A stretch of 64,000 nucleotides of DNA from an uncultured Enterobacterales bacterium (GTDB lineage: Bacteria > Pseudomonadota > Gammaproteobacteria > Enterobacterales > Succinivibrionaceae). The DNA lies in contig CAZFNS010000004.1 of the NCBI GenBank assembly GCA_964520475.1, forward strand, positions 12,655 through 76,654, given 5' to 3'. The translations under genes were made by a program, and so were the position numbers. Positions 26,674-36,384 of this stretch are shown here, in pieces; position 1 is the stretch's first letter; the number at the start of each line of letters is the position of its first letter. The notes under the pieces were generated by a model that was not told where the DNA came from, did no database searches, and saw nothing but the letters and a program-made list of their open reading frames with translations.

Positions 26674-27549
26674 TCAGTCCGCGGCGGCGCCCTCCGGCGC
26701 GACCGGATCCATGGCCGCCTTTATCCTGTTCATGGCGGCCTTCTCCAGCTGCCGGACCCTTTCGAGGGAAACGCCCAGTTCGGCGGCGAGGTCGCTCAGC
26801 GTGGCCTTGTCGTCGTCGAGCCAGCGCCTTTTGATGATGCGGTAGGACCGGTCGTCGAGCTTGCCGAGCACCCGGTTCAGCACCAGCAGCTTCGCCCGGC
26901 CGTCGTCGGCGTTCTCATACCTGCGGCTGAAATCCGACGTGCGGTCGACCAGATAGTTGGCGGGGACGTTCTCGTCCTCGGCGTCGGGCGCGCTCCCGTC
27001 GTACGACACGTCGTTCGAGTTCAGGCGCAGCTCCATTTCGTTCACGTCCGCGGCCTTGACGCCCAGCTCGCGGGCCACCCTTTCGGCATCGCTCATGCTC
27101 AGCCAGCCCACGGTTTTCTTCGTGGCCTGGCGCAGTTTGAAGAACAGCTTCCGCTGGGCTTTGGTGGTGGCCACCTTGACGAGGCGCCAGTTCCTGATCA
27201 CGTAATCGTGGATCTCCGCCTTGATCCAGTGCACGGCGAAGGCCGCCAGCCTGACTCCCTGGGAGACGTCGAAACGCTTGACCGCCTTCATCAGCCCCAC
27301 GGAGCCCTCCTGGATGAGGTCCGCGAGCGGCAGCCCGTAGCCGATGTAGCCCCGGGCGATGCTCACGACGAACCTGAGATGGGCGAGCACCAGCTTGCGG
27401 GCCGCCTCGATGTTGCCGTTCGCGCGGAAGTCGACCGCCAGATCGTGCTCCTCGCGGGCGGTAAGCAAAGGAATGGCGCTCACCGCCCGGATATATCCTT
27501 CGATGTTGCTGCTGGGAACAAGCATCAAAGATTCCTGATTCCGATACAT
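26674..27549 (-). CDS. rpoH: RNA polymerase sigma-32 (heat-shock sigma factor)
   Basis: The track ORF was trimmed to the ATG at 27549 (MYRNQESLMLVPSSNIEGYIRAV...). The RpoH box is KAQRKLFFKLRQ. The gene is adjacent to ftsYEX as in E. coli. Confidence 0.95.
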   Translation of the reverse strand: MYRNQESLMLVPSSNIEGYIRAVSAIPLLTAREEHDLAVDFRANGNIEAARKLVLAHLRFVVSIARGYIGYGLPLADLIQEGSVGLMKAVKRFDVSQGVRLAAFAVHWIKAEIHDYVIRNWRLVKVATTKAQRKLFFKLRQATKKTVGWLSMSDAERVARELGVKAADVNEMELRLNSNDVSYDGSAPDAEDENVPANYLVDRTSDFSRRYENADDGRAKLLVLNRVLGKLDDRSYRIIKRRWLDDDKATLSDLAAELGVSLERVRQLEKAAMNRIKAAMDPVAPEGAAAD

Positions 27550-27789
27550 TGCCGTTATTCCTTCCCTGTTACCTTTCCGGCGCGCCCCGCGGGCGCGTCC
27601 CGGCGATACCGTGACGGGTATCACACTAACCGCCTATATGATAGATCATTTCGGCGGAAATTTGTGAATTATTTGAAGATTTCGTCCGCGACGGCTCCGA
27701 CCCGCGCATTCGTCTCATTCCCACCTATAACAATATAATAGCATTTTATTATATATTTATCCATATATAGCATAAATATATATAAAATT

Positions 27790-27831
27790 CTCCGGGAAAA
27801 CGCCGGGCCGGGCCCGGCTGTTTCCCCGGAG
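27790..27831 (-). terminator. Interrupted GC hairpin plus A/U-rich tail after ftsX (probable terminator)
   Basis: CTCCGGG...GCCGGGC-cgg-GCCCGGC...CCCGGAG is followed on the minus strand by AAUUUUAUAUAU. Confidence 0.45.
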
Positions 27832-27843
27832 AGAAAAATTCCC

Positions 27844-28779
27844 CTACTGCGCCCTGATCTTCGCGATGCCGCTTTTGGCCGCGAAAAACGCCGTGATCAT
27901 GCACAGGGACACCACGAACAGCAGGACGACGCAGAGCTCGGTCCCGCTCAGCCCGGTCACGGTCAGGCGCATGTCGTACTCGGCGGCTATCCCGGCGAGG
28001 TACTTCTCCGTCGCGAAAACCACGATCGTGCCAAGCCACAGCGCGCCCAGGCACCCGAGCAGGCCGAGCCACATGCCGAGGTACATGTAGGGGACCACGA
28101 TGTAGTTGTCCGTCGCCCCGACGAGTTTCATGACCTCGATTTCCTCGCGGTGGAACAGCACCCGCCCCGAGACGGAGCTGATGACGGTCAGCGCCAGGGA
28201 AAAGAGCAGCGCGGCGGAGACCGCGGCCGTCACGAAGCGGAGCGCGTCCGCCACGGAGCGGACCTTCCGGAGCCAGTCCCGGTCCATGCGGACCGTCTCC
28301 ACGTTTTTGTCGAGCCTCAGGCGCTTCGCCAGGACCTCGAGCCCGCGCCCGTCGCGCTCCGCCGCGTCGGACGGCACGAGCACGACGGCGTGCGGCAGCG
28401 GGTTCACCTCGTCGGCGAGGGCCTCCTTCTCGTCGATGCCGAGCGCGGCCGAAAAGGATTTGAGCCCCTCGCTCTTGGTAATCAGCACGGCCTCCCTGAT
28501 CAGGGGATCCCTGAGGAGATCGTTCCGGATCCGGGCGGCCTCCGCGGGATCCAGCTCGCTTTTCAGGTACACGGTTATGCCGCGCCCCATGGCCATGTCG
28601 GTGGTGTTCGCCCGGAAAGTCTGCAGGAAGATGTAAAACAGGCAGGGAATGGTCAGGGTGGCCGCGATGGCCGCGATGGTGAGCAGGGTGCTCCCGAAAT
28701 TCACCCGCACCATGGCGTTGTAGGTGTAGGCGATGTCCCGGACGTTTCTCCCCAGAAGATTAAAAAAACTGCCGCTCAT
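27844..28779 (-). CDS. ftsX: Cell division ABC transporter permease-like protein FtsX
   Basis: The product is 311 aa with four TM segments and a periplasmic loop. The gene lies directly after ftsE. Confidence 0.9.
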   Translation of the reverse strand: MSGSFFNLLGRNVRDIAYTYNAMVRVNFGSTLLTIAAIAATLTIPCLFYIFLQTFRANTTDMAMGRGITVYLKSELDPAEAARIRNDLLRDPLIREAVLITKSEGLKSFSAALGIDEKEALADEVNPLPHAVVLVPSDAAERDGRGLEVLAKRLRLDKNVETVRMDRDWLRKVRSVADALRFVTAAVSAALLFSLALTVISSVSGRVLFHREEIEVMKLVGATDNYIVVPYMYLGMWLGLLGCLGALWLGTIVVFATEKYLAGIAAEYDMRLTVTGLSGTELCVVLLFVVSLCMITAFFAAKSGIAKIRAQ

Positions 28780-28797
28780 ATCTCGTCTTCCCCGCCG

Positions 28798-29487
28798 TCA
28801 CCGCCCGCCGGCCCCGTCCCGGGCGAAAGCCCCGTCGTACACGAGGCGCCCCTGCCTGACCTCGATCAGCCGCCGCGGTATCGTCGCGAGCAGATCCATG
28901 TCGTGGCTCGCCATGATGACGGTGGCGCCGTCCGCGTTCAGGCCCGCGAACAGTTCCAGAATGTCCAGGGACAGCTTTTTGTCCAGGTTCCCCGTCGGCT
29001 CGTCCGCGAGCAGGATGTCGGGCCTGGCGGCCAGAGCCCTGGCGATGCCCACCCGCTGCTGCTCCCCGGCGCTCAGGAACGCGGGATAATCGTCTTCCCG
29101 GTTGAACAGCCCGACCCGGCCGAGCGCCTCCCGGACCCGCGCCGCGGTCTCGGCGGGATCGGCGTTCCGGATGCGCAGGGGCAGGGCCACGTTCTCCGCC
29201 ACCGTGCGGTTCATCATCAGGTGGTGGTCCTGGAAGATCATCCCCACCCGCCGGCGGTAAAAGGGCACCTCTTTGGCGGGCATGTCCGTGACGTCGGCCC
29301 CGTTGAACAGGATGTTCCCCATGCTGACTTTTTCGATCAGGGCGATCAGGTGCAGCACGGTGGTCTTGCCGGCGCCGGAATGGCCCGTCAGGTAGACGAA
29401 TTCCCCGGCGTCCACCGCGAAGCTGATGTTCTGCAGCGCCTTGCGCCCCTGGCCGTATATCTTGCTGACGGACTTGAATTCGATCAT
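28798..29487 (-). CDS. ftsE: Cell division ATP-binding protein FtsE
   Basis: The track ORF was trimmed to the ATG at 29487. MIEFKSVSKIYGQGRKALQNISF...LTGHSGAGKTT aligns with E. coli MIRFEHVSKAY...LTGHSGAGKST. Confidence 0.92.
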   Translation of the reverse strand: MIEFKSVSKIYGQGRKALQNISFAVDAGEFVYLTGHSGAGKTTVLHLIALIEKVSMGNILFNGADVTDMPAKEVPFYRRRVGMIFQDHHLMMNRTVAENVALPLRIRNADPAETAARVREALGRVGLFNREDDYPAFLSAGEQQRVGIARALAARPDILLADEPTGNLDKKLSLDILELFAGLNADGATVIMASHDMDLLATIPRRLIEVRQGRLVYDGAFARDGAGGR

Positions 29488-29513
29488 GGCGGTCATCGCG
29501 GTCGCTCCTTCCG

Positions 29514-30695
29514 TCACCCGTCCCCGAAGAGGGCCCGCACGAAATCTTCGGCGTCGAACTCCCTCAGATCGTCGATCCCCTCGCCGATGCCGATGTAGCG
29601 GATGGGGATGCCGAACCGGTCGGCGATGTTGAAGATGACCCCGCCCTTGGCCGTGCCGTCGAGTTTGGTCAGGGTTATGCCGGTCACGGGAACCGCCTCG
29701 CCGAACAGCTTCGCCTGGCTCACGGCGTTCTGCCCGGTGCCGGCGTCGAGCGTCAGCATCACCTCGTGCGGCGCGGTCGGATCGAGCTTGCGCATCACCC
29801 GGACGATCTTCCGCAGCTCGTTCATCAGGTTGGTCTTGTTCTGCAGGCGGCCCGCCGTGTCGGCGATCAGCACGTCGGCGCCCCGCGCGCGGGCGCTCGC
29901 CAGGGCGTCGTAGATTACCGAAGCGCTGTCGGCTCCCTCGTCCTGCGCCACGACCGGCACGTTGTTCCGCCGGCCCCAGACCCGCAGCTGCTCCACGGCG
30001 GCCGCCCTGAAGGTGTCGCCGGCCGCGAGCATGACCTTCAGGCCCCGGGCCTCGAACCGCTTCGCCAGCTTGCCGATCGTGGTGGTCTTGCCGGCGCCGT
30101 TCACGCCGACCATGAGGATGACGAACGGCTTTTTCGCGGGATCCGGCGCGAGGGGCCGGGAGACCCGGAGCAGGATGTCCCGGAGCTCGGCGCTCAGCCG
30201 GTCCGTGAGGCTCTCGGCGTCCCGGAGCTCGCGCAGCGACGCTTCTTTGGTCAGCTTGCCGATCAGCCTGCCGGCGGTTTCGACGCCGACGTCGGCCGTG
30301 ATTAATTTCGTCTCCAGTTCCTCGAAGAGATCGTCGTCGATTTTCCGGCCCTTGAACAGCGCCCTGATCCCGAGCCCGAGGTTCTCCCGGGTGCGGGTCA
30401 GCCCGCCGAACAGGCGCCGGAAGAACCCGGGCCGGTCCTCCTCAGGCGCGCCCGCGGGTTCCGCGGCCCCGCCGTCCGCCGCGTCCGCGCCGTCCGGAAC
30501 GGGTTCCTCCCGCCCGGCTCCCGCGCTTTCCGCCCCGCCGTCCGCGGCGGCGGGGGCGTTTTCCCCCGCGGTCGCCGCCGCGCCGGCGCTCCCGGCGCCG
30601 TCTTCCTCTCCGGGCGCGTCCGCGCCGGCCCCGTCCTCCGGGGCCCCGGGCTCACCGTCGCGGCCGAACCAGGGGAACCAGCCTTTGTTTGCCAT
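29514..30695 (-). CDS. ftsY: Signal recognition particle receptor FtsY
   Basis: The product is 393 aa. It has an acidic Ala/Gly/Glu-rich A-domain followed by an NG domain with MVGVNGAGKTTTIGKLA, DTAGRLQNK and LTKLDGTAKGG. Confidence 0.93.
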   Translation of the reverse strand: MANKGWFPWFGRDGEPGAPEDGAGADAPGEEDGAGSAGAAATAGENAPAAADGGAESAGAGREEPVPDGADAADGGAAEPAGAPEEDRPGFFRRLFGGLTRTRENLGLGIRALFKGRKIDDDLFEELETKLITADVGVETAGRLIGKLTKEASLRELRDAESLTDRLSAELRDILLRVSRPLAPDPAKKPFVILMVGVNGAGKTTTIGKLAKRFEARGLKVMLAAGDTFRAAAVEQLRVWGRRNNVPVVAQDEGADSASVIYDALASARARGADVLIADTAGRLQNKTNLMNELRKIVRVMRKLDPTAPHEVMLTLDAGTGQNAVSQAKLFGEAVPVTGITLTKLDGTAKGGVIFNIADRFGIPIRYIGIGEGIDDLREFDAEDFVRALFGDG

Positions 30696-30887
30696 AATCT
30701 GTCACTTGTCTTTTGTGAATGGTTGTGAATAGTCAACGGATCGCGGCGCGGATCCGCCGGCCGCGCGCCCGCTAAAAACCGGGCGCGGATCGCCGCCGCG
30801 CCCGCGAAAACATTATCATTTTAGCGGAATCGGGTTTCAAAATACACAGGTTTATCCTTTTTGCCGGTAGAACCGCGCGCCCGGAGC

Positions 30888-30917
30888 TTGACCGGGCCGG
30901 GGGAAGACTGCTATATT
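30888..30917 (+). promoter_or_regulatory. Candidate sigma70 promoter for rsmD (TTGACC-18 nt-TATATT)
   Basis: TTGACC gggccgggggaagactgc TATATT lies about 45 nt upstream of the rsmD ATG. Confidence 0.4.
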
Positions 30918-30962
30918 GCGGCCGTGCCGGCGGGAGGCGCGCCGGCGGGGACGCGAGGAGCC

Positions 30963-31559
30963 ATGAGCAAAAACCGAAAGAGCCCCGCCCCGGGCGGGAC
31001 GGTCAGAATCATCGCGGGAGCGCACCGGGGGCGGAGACTGCCCGTCCCGGACGTCCCCGGCCTGCGGCCCACCTCGGACCGGGTCAGGGAGACGCTTTTC
31101 AACTGGCTCATGTTCCGGATCCGGGGGAAAAAGGTCCTCGACGCCTTCGCCGGGGCGGGATCGCTCGGGTTCGAGGCCCAGTCGCGGGGCGCCCTGGAGG
31201 TGACCATGCTCGAGCTGAACCCGGCGGTGTGCGCCCGGCTCAGGGCCGGCGCCGCCGCGCTCGGCTGCGCCAACGTGAACGTAATCGCGACCGACGCGCG
31301 CGCGTTCCTGAGAAGCCGCCGCGAGCCTTTCGACGTTATCTTCCTGGATCCCCCGTTCCGGACCGGCCTCCTGGAGGAGTGCCTCCCGCTCCTGACCCCC
31401 GCGATCGCCCCGGCCGGGACCCTGCTGTACCTCGAGCACGAAAAGGAAAGCGCCCCGGTCCCGCCGGGCCGCTTCAGGCCGCTCAGGGAGATGACGGCGG
31501 GACAGACGGCCTGTCGTCTTTACGAGGCGGGGCCCGGCCCCGCCGGGGGAACTGCCTAA
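30963..31559 (+). CDS. rsmD: 16S rRNA (guanine966-N2)-methyltransferase
   Basis: The track ORF was trimmed to the ATG at 30963. The sequence is ...RIIAGAHRGRRLPVPDVPGLRPTSDRVRETLFNWL...DAFAGAGSLGFEA...VIFLDPPF. The gene is divergent from ftsY as in E. coli. Confidence 0.85.
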   Translation: MSKNRKSPAPGGTVRIIAGAHRGRRLPVPDVPGLRPTSDRVRETLFNWLMFRIRGKKVLDAFAGAGSLGFEAQSRGALEVTMLELNPAVCARLRAGAAALGCANVNVIATDARAFLRSRREPFDVIFLDPPFRTGLLEECLPLLTPAIAPAGTLLYLEHEKESAPVPPGRFRPLREMTAGQTACRLYEAGPGPAGGTA

Positions 31560-34500
31560 AGATCCATGAGCACGTCGTCTTCCGCGCCGGCGTCGCCGAG
31601 CATGGCGAGGTATTTGACGGCCATGGCCTGGCTGTTCTTCAGATCGCGCGGGTTCATCAGGGACAGGAGGCTGACCTTGAAGTTGGCGGCTTCCCTGAAG
31701 GCGCTGTCCAGCGACAGGCAGACGAGCGTCCACACGTAGGCGTCGACGACGCTTTTTCCGACCCCGAGCCCGTCCCGGTACATCTTGGCGAGCTCGAGCT
31801 GCGCGGCGCAGTCGCCGCACTTGGCCGCCGTCAGCAGCAGTTCGGCCGCCCGGGAGTAATTGATCTCGCAGCCCAGCCCGTACCGGTACAGGATCCCCAG
31901 TTTAGTCGCGGATTTGAGGTGGTACTTCTCCGCCGCGCGCTGCAGGTAGCCCAGGGCCCGGCCGTAATCGTTCCTGTAGTATTTGCCGTCGATGTACATG
32001 CAGGCGAGATAGTAGAGCGCCTCGGGATAGCCGCGGTCCGCGGCCTCGTTGACCAGCTTCAGCCCGTATTCGGCGGAGCTGTTCCTCAGCTTCTCCTCGA
32101 TGTGCAGGATGCCGAGCCGGTAGGCGCACTCAGGGATGTTTTTCTTCGCCCCGATGTACAGCCACTTCTCGGCCTCGTCGTAGTTGATCCGCGAGTTCGA
32201 ATCCTCCCGCAGGTACATGTTGGCGAGCAGCAGATAGGCCCGGCCGCAGTTGTCGTTGACCAGGATGCGGTAGTAGTGCGCCGCCTCGTCGGGATCGCAC
32301 GCGCAGCCGATCCCCTTCTCGTACATCCGGCCCAGGGCGTAATAGGCCTTCTGGTAGCCGAGCTCGCCCGCCTTCCTGAAATACTCGAGGGCCTCCCAGG
32401 GCTTCGAAACGATGCCGATGCCCTTGTAGCAGCACACGCCCATCATGTAGAGCGACTTCAGGTAATTTTTGTCGGCCGAGGCCTTGAAATGGGTCAGCGC
32501 CTTGCGGAAGTCCCGCTCCGCGAATTTGCCCTCCAGGTAAATCATGCCGAGCTCGTAGAGGGCCTCCCGGCTGCCGCCGTCCGCGAGTTTCTTAAGCAGC
32601 CCGAGGCCGGCCTCGGGATCCCGGGCGGGGCCGTCCTCCTGCAGGTACAGCCGGCTCAGGACCAGCATGCTGCGGCTGTGGCCGAGCCCGACGCCCTTTT
32701 TCAGGAACTCGAGCGCCTTCGCGATGCTGTACACCGCGCTGTCCGGCGACAGGTACAGCGAGGCGAGCAGATCCACCGCCCTGCCGCTGCCGAGGGCCGC
32801 GGCCTTCAGCAGGTGCTTTTCGGCCAGTTTCTCGTTTTTGTCGCAGCCGGTCCCGTTCATGTAGCAGGACGCCAGATCCTCGAGGGCCGGCAGGTAGCCG
32901 CTCTCCGCGGCCCGGGCGTAGAGCCGGTACGCCTTTTTCGGGTCCTTTTCCACCCCGCGGCCTTCCGAGTACATTTTGCCGAGCCGGTAGGAAGCCGCCT
33001 CGTTGCCGCTCTCGGAGGCCTGCCGGTACCACTCCGCCGACTTCTGCAGGTTCACCGCGGGGACGTTGCCCTTGTCGTAAATCTCCGCCATGTGCATGCG
33101 GGCTTCCATGTTCCCCCGGTTCGCCGCCTTTTCCGACCAGTCGGCGGATTTGGCGAAGTCCTGCTTGGTCCCCTCGCCGCTCGCGTACATCTGCGAGACC
33201 ATGTACTGGGCCCGCGAATCGCCCCCGAGCGAAGCCTTCATCAGGTACTCGAACGCCTCGCGGTACTTCGGGTCGCCGCCGTTTTCCTTCGGCTCCCCGC
33301 CGTTCTCCGGGGCCGCGGCCGCCGGCGCGCCGCCCGCCGCGGGGGCTCCCGCCGCTTCCGGGGCGCGGCCCGCGGCCTCCTCGTCGGCCCGCTTTTTCAG
33401 GAGGCACCCGTACTCGTACATCGCCCCGGCGTGCTCCTGCTCGGCGGCTTTCCGGTACCATTCGCCGGCGGCGTCCGCGTCGCCCTCGCGCGCGTAGATG
33501 CCCCCGAGGGTGTACTGCGCCTCGGCGTGGCCGAGCTCGGCCGCCTCGCGGTACAGATCCAGCGCCTTGCGCGCCAGATCCTCCGGGCTGCCTTCCGGCC
33601 CGGCGGCTTCCCCGTCCGGAGCCGGCTCTTCCTTCCGTTCCCCGGCTTCGGCCGGATCCGCGGGCTGGTCGGCGGCGCTCAGTTTTTCGTATATGACCCC
33701 GAGGAGATAGACGGCCTCGCCGTCCCCGCGCTCCGCCGCGTGCCTGAGCAGGGGCAGCGCCTCCAGGGGCTTCCGCTCGTTCATGAGGAGCCTCGCGATC
33801 TCCACGTACGACTCCGGCACGCCCGCCGCCCGGGCCCGGCCGAGATAATCGCGGGCCTTGTCCATGTCGCGTTCCACGATCTCGCCGCGGAGGTAGATCC
33901 GGGCCAGCATCATGTACGCCTCGGGGCACAGTTCCTTGACCCGGTCGAGGAGTTTCACCCCCTCGCGGGGCGCGTAGAACCGGCTCTTCTTGTCGGTGTA
34001 CACGCCGGCGAGGCTGCAGTAGGCCCCGTACACGCCCCGGTCCATGGCCCGCCCGAGCCACAGCACGGCCGACAGCTCGTCCCGGGCCGCGCCCTTCTCC
34101 CGGAGGCACAGCCGGCCGAGCTCGTACTGGGCGAGCGGGTGGCCCTGGCGCGCGGCCCTTTCGAGCCAGAAGGCGCCCTCCCCGGCGTCCGGGCCGCCGC
34201 GCCCCAGGCACGCCATGCCGTGCGCGTACATCGCGCCGGCGGAACCCTGGCCGGCGTAATACCGGTCGGGCCCGCCGCGGTCCGCGCCGGCCTCCGGGGC
34301 CTCCGCCTCCGGGGTTTCGCCCGCGGCGCCGTCCCCGCCGGGCGCCGGGGCGGACGCGCCCGCGAAAAAGCCGCCGCTCCGGTAGCGCGCCGGCAGGAAG
34401 CCGAGCTCCGCGCTCTTTTTGAGGAGCTCGCCCCCGTCCTCCCCCGCCGCCGGGGAAACGTTGTGATCCAGAATCATGCTGCCGAGGAAAAACATGGCCT

Positions 34501-34621
34501 CCGCGGCATCCGCGCCGCGGCACTCCCTGAAGCACCCGGCCGCCTCGTCGTACCTGCCGGAACGATACAGTTCCCTGCCCCGGCTCAGCCCGGATCTGTC
34601 TTCCGCTGGTTGGTTCTCCAT
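31556..34621 (-). CDS. Very large Sel1-like repeat (SLR, TPR-related) protein, about 1,020 aa, no recognisable signal peptide
   Basis: Roughly two dozen tandem units of about 36 aa fit the SLR pattern A..Y.LG.MY..G.GV.KD...A..W..KAA..G. Examples are ASYRLGKMYSEGRGVEKDPKKAYRLYARAAESGYLPA, KAYYALGRMYEKGIGCACDPDEAAHYY and AAQLELAKMYRDGLGVGKSVVDAYVW. The start is uncertain: ATG at 34621 (MENQPAEDR) or ATG at 34708. Confidence 0.85.
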   Translation of the reverse strand: MENQPAEDRSGLSRGRELYRSGRYDEAAGCFRECRGADAAEAMFFLGSMILDHNVSPAAGEDGGELLKKSAELGFLPARYRSGGFFAGASAPAPGGDGAAGETPEAEAPEAGADRGGPDRYYAGQGSAGAMYAHGMACLGRGGPDAGEGAFWLERAARQGHPLAQYELGRLCLREKGAARDELSAVLWLGRAMDRGVYGAYCSLAGVYTDKKSRFYAPREGVKLLDRVKELCPEAYMMLARIYLRGEIVERDMDKARDYLGRARAAGVPESYVEIARLLMNERKPLEALPLLRHAAERGDGEAVYLLGVIYEKLSAADQPADPAEAGERKEEPAPDGEAAGPEGSPEDLARKALDLYREAAELGHAEAQYTLGGIYAREGDADAAGEWYRKAAEQEHAGAMYEYGCLLKKRADEEAAGRAPEAAGAPAAGGAPAAAAPENGGEPKENGGDPKYREAFEYLMKASLGGDSRAQYMVSQMYASGEGTKQDFAKSADWSEKAANRGNMEARMHMAEIYDKGNVPAVNLQKSAEWYRQASESGNEAASYRLGKMYSEGRGVEKDPKKAYRLYARAAESGYLPALEDLASCYMNGTGCDKNEKLAEKHLLKAAALGSGRAVDLLASLYLSPDSAVYSIAKALEFLKKGVGLGHSRSMLVLSRLYLQEDGPARDPEAGLGLLKKLADGGSREALYELGMIYLEGKFAERDFRKALTHFKASADKNYLKSLYMMGVCCYKGIGIVSKPWEALEYFRKAGELGYQKAYYALGRMYEKGIGCACDPDEAAHYYRILVNDNCGRAYLLLANMYLREDSNSRINYDEAEKWLYIGAKKNIPECAYRLGILHIEEKLRNSSAEYGLKLVNEAADRGYPEALYYLACMYIDGKYYRNDYGRALGYLQRAAEKYHLKSATKLGILYRYGLGCEINYSRAAELLLTAAKCGDCAAQLELAKMYRDGLGVGKSVVDAYVWTLVCLSLDSAFREAANFKVSLLSLMNPRDLKNSQAMAVKYLAMLGDAGAEDDVLMDL

Positions 34622-34766
34622 AATGATGATTTCCCCGTGGCCAAAACACCGGCCCGCCGCCCCTTTCCCCGGCGAGGCCGGTTCGGGCGGCAAAGCCCCT
34701 TTTGCCATGTTAGCACGACTCGGGCGCGGCCACGCCGTCCGGTGCCGATTTTATGAGCTTCATAAC

Positions 34767-35558
34767 CTAAAAAAGATTCGGAACGGAACCCGCGCCGGCC
34801 GGCCCGCCCGCGGGTCCGTAGACGTCGAAACGGTGATTTTCCGTAAAAACGGCCGCCGCGCGGTTTTTTTCGTCGAGCGCGGGGGCCCATTTGGGATTCT
34901 TCATGACGACCCGGCGGACGGCGAGCCCGCGCGCCAGTTCCAGCAGCCGGCCGCGGTCGGCGTCGGGCCCGATCAGGAAACGGAACAGCCGCATTTCCTT
35001 TTTGACCAGGGCGGTTTTGCGCCGCGGGGGGTACATCGGATCGAGGTAGACGGCGTCGGGGCGCGCATCCCCCGCGTAGTCCCCGATCGTCGGGGCGTCG
35101 TCGAGGATCAGCCGGGTCGCGAAAAAGCCGGAGGAATCGGCGGCCCGCGCCCGGTCCAGGCCGTTCCGGAGCAGGAGCCGCGCCGCCGGGTTGCGCTCGA
35201 ACAGGCGCACCGTGGCGCCGAGACGGGCGCAGACGAAGGCGTCCCGGCCGAGCCCGGCCGTCGCGTCGAAGATCAGGGGATGCGCCTGGTTCCCGAAACA
35301 CGCCCGCGCCACCGCCTCGTCCCGGCGGGAGACGCCGGGACGGCCCCGGCGCGCGAGGGCCCCGCCGGCGAAGTCGGCCGTGACCGGGCCCTGGCGGGGC
35401 AGATCCGCCGACCCGAGCCCGACCGTCCCGTCCGCGAGCCGGAGGAACAGCGGGGCGGAGCAGGTCAGGGCGCGGCAGCGCTCGAGATCCTCCGCGTACC
35501 TCCCGGCGAGTTCCCGGTCCTCGACGCGGATCTCGAGTCCGTAAACGCCCTCAGCCAT
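34767..35558 (-). CDS. rsmJ: 16S rRNA (guanine1516-N2)-methyltransferase
   Basis: The product is 263 aa. The pattern ...[27 protein letters not shown]...[22 protein letters not shown]... is the YhiQ/RsmJ signature. The gene overlaps the aroE stop by 8 nt. Confidence 0.8.
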   Translation of the reverse strand: MAEGVYGLEIRVEDRELAGRYAEDLERCRALTCSAPLFLRLADGTVGLGSADLPRQGPVTADFAGGALARRGRPGVSRRDEAVARACFGNQAHPLIFDATAGLGRDAFVCARLGATVRLFERNPAARLLLRNGLDRARAADSSGFFATRLILDDAPTIGDYAGDARPDAVYLDPMYPPRRKTALVKKEMRLFRFLIGPDADRGRLLELARGLAVRRVVMKNPKWAPALDEKNRAAAVFTENHRFDVYGPAGGPAGAGSVPNLF

Positions 35559-36384
35559 GTCGGCCTTCGCGCCGGAGGGCGTCGCGCAGCGCCGCGAGGA
35601 CCGCGCCGGCGTCCGGCTCGACGCCCCGCCACAGCTTGAAGCTCAGGGCGGCCTGGCCGACGAGCATGCCGAGCCCGTCGGCCGCGCCCGCGGCGCCGAG
35701 CTCGAGCGCGCGGCGGGTGAACACGGTGCCGCCGGTCCGTCCGTACATCAGGTCGTAGGCCAGGGCCCCCTCGTACAGATCGTCCGGGAGATCCGGCAGC
35801 CGGCCCGCCAGGCTCAGGGAAGTGGCGTTCACGACGACGTCGTAGCGGCCGCGGCCCCGCAGCCCTTCGTAGGAGGAAACGGCGGCGGCGCCGCCGGTCA
35901 GATCCCGCAAAGCCTCAGCTTTGGCGAGGGTCCGGTTCGCGATCGTCAGCTCCGCGGGCTTTTCGGCGAGAATGAAGCCGGCGACGCCCCGCGCCGCGCC
36001 GCCCGCGCCGAGCAGCAGCGTTCTTTTGCCGGCGAGGCTCCAACCGAGGCGCCGCAAATCGAAAATGAAACCCGCCCCGTCGGTGTTGTCGCCCGTCGCC
36101 CGCCCGTCCGGGCCGAACGCCAGGGTGTTGACCGCCCCGGCCCTTTCGGCCCGCTCCGTGAGCTCGTCGGCGTAGGCGAAAGCGTCCTCCTTGAACGGCA
36201 CCGTCACGTTAAGCCCCCGGCCGCCGGCCGCCCGGAAGGCGCCGGCGGTCCGGGCGAACCCGCCGGGCGGGCAGAGCACCCGATCGTAAACCATGCGCTG
36301 GCCGGTCCGCTCCGCGAACATGGCGTGAATGAACGGCGAGAGACTGTGCTCCACCGGATTGCCGAGAACCGCGTATCTATCCAT
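35551..36384 (-). CDS. aroE: Shikimate dehydrogenase
   Basis: The product is 277 aa, [23 protein letters not shown]...LNVTVPFKE...NTDGAGF...GAGGAARG. Confidence 0.9.
   Translation of the reverse strand: MDRYAVLGNPVEHSLSPFIHAMFAERTGQRMVYDRVLCPPGGFARTAGAFRAAGGRGLNVTVPFKEDAFAYADELTERAERAGAVNTLAFGPDGRATGDNTDGAGFIFDLRRLGWSLAGKRTLLLGAGGAARGVAGFILAEKPAELTIANRTLAKAEALRDLTGGAAAVSSYEGLRGRGRYDVVVNATSLSLAGRLPDLPDDLYEGALAYDLMYGRTGGTVFTRRALELGAAGAADGLGMLVGQAALSFKLWRGVEPDAGAVLAALRDALRREGRHG

Noticed and set aside
31229-34756. A 1,175-aa plus-strand ORF and a 685-aa minus-strand alternative frame cover the Sel1-repeat gene.
   Set aside because: The composition is the same GC-bias artefact (poly-Arg/Gly/Pro/Ala). 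Only the 31556..34708 frame yields periodic SLR repeats.
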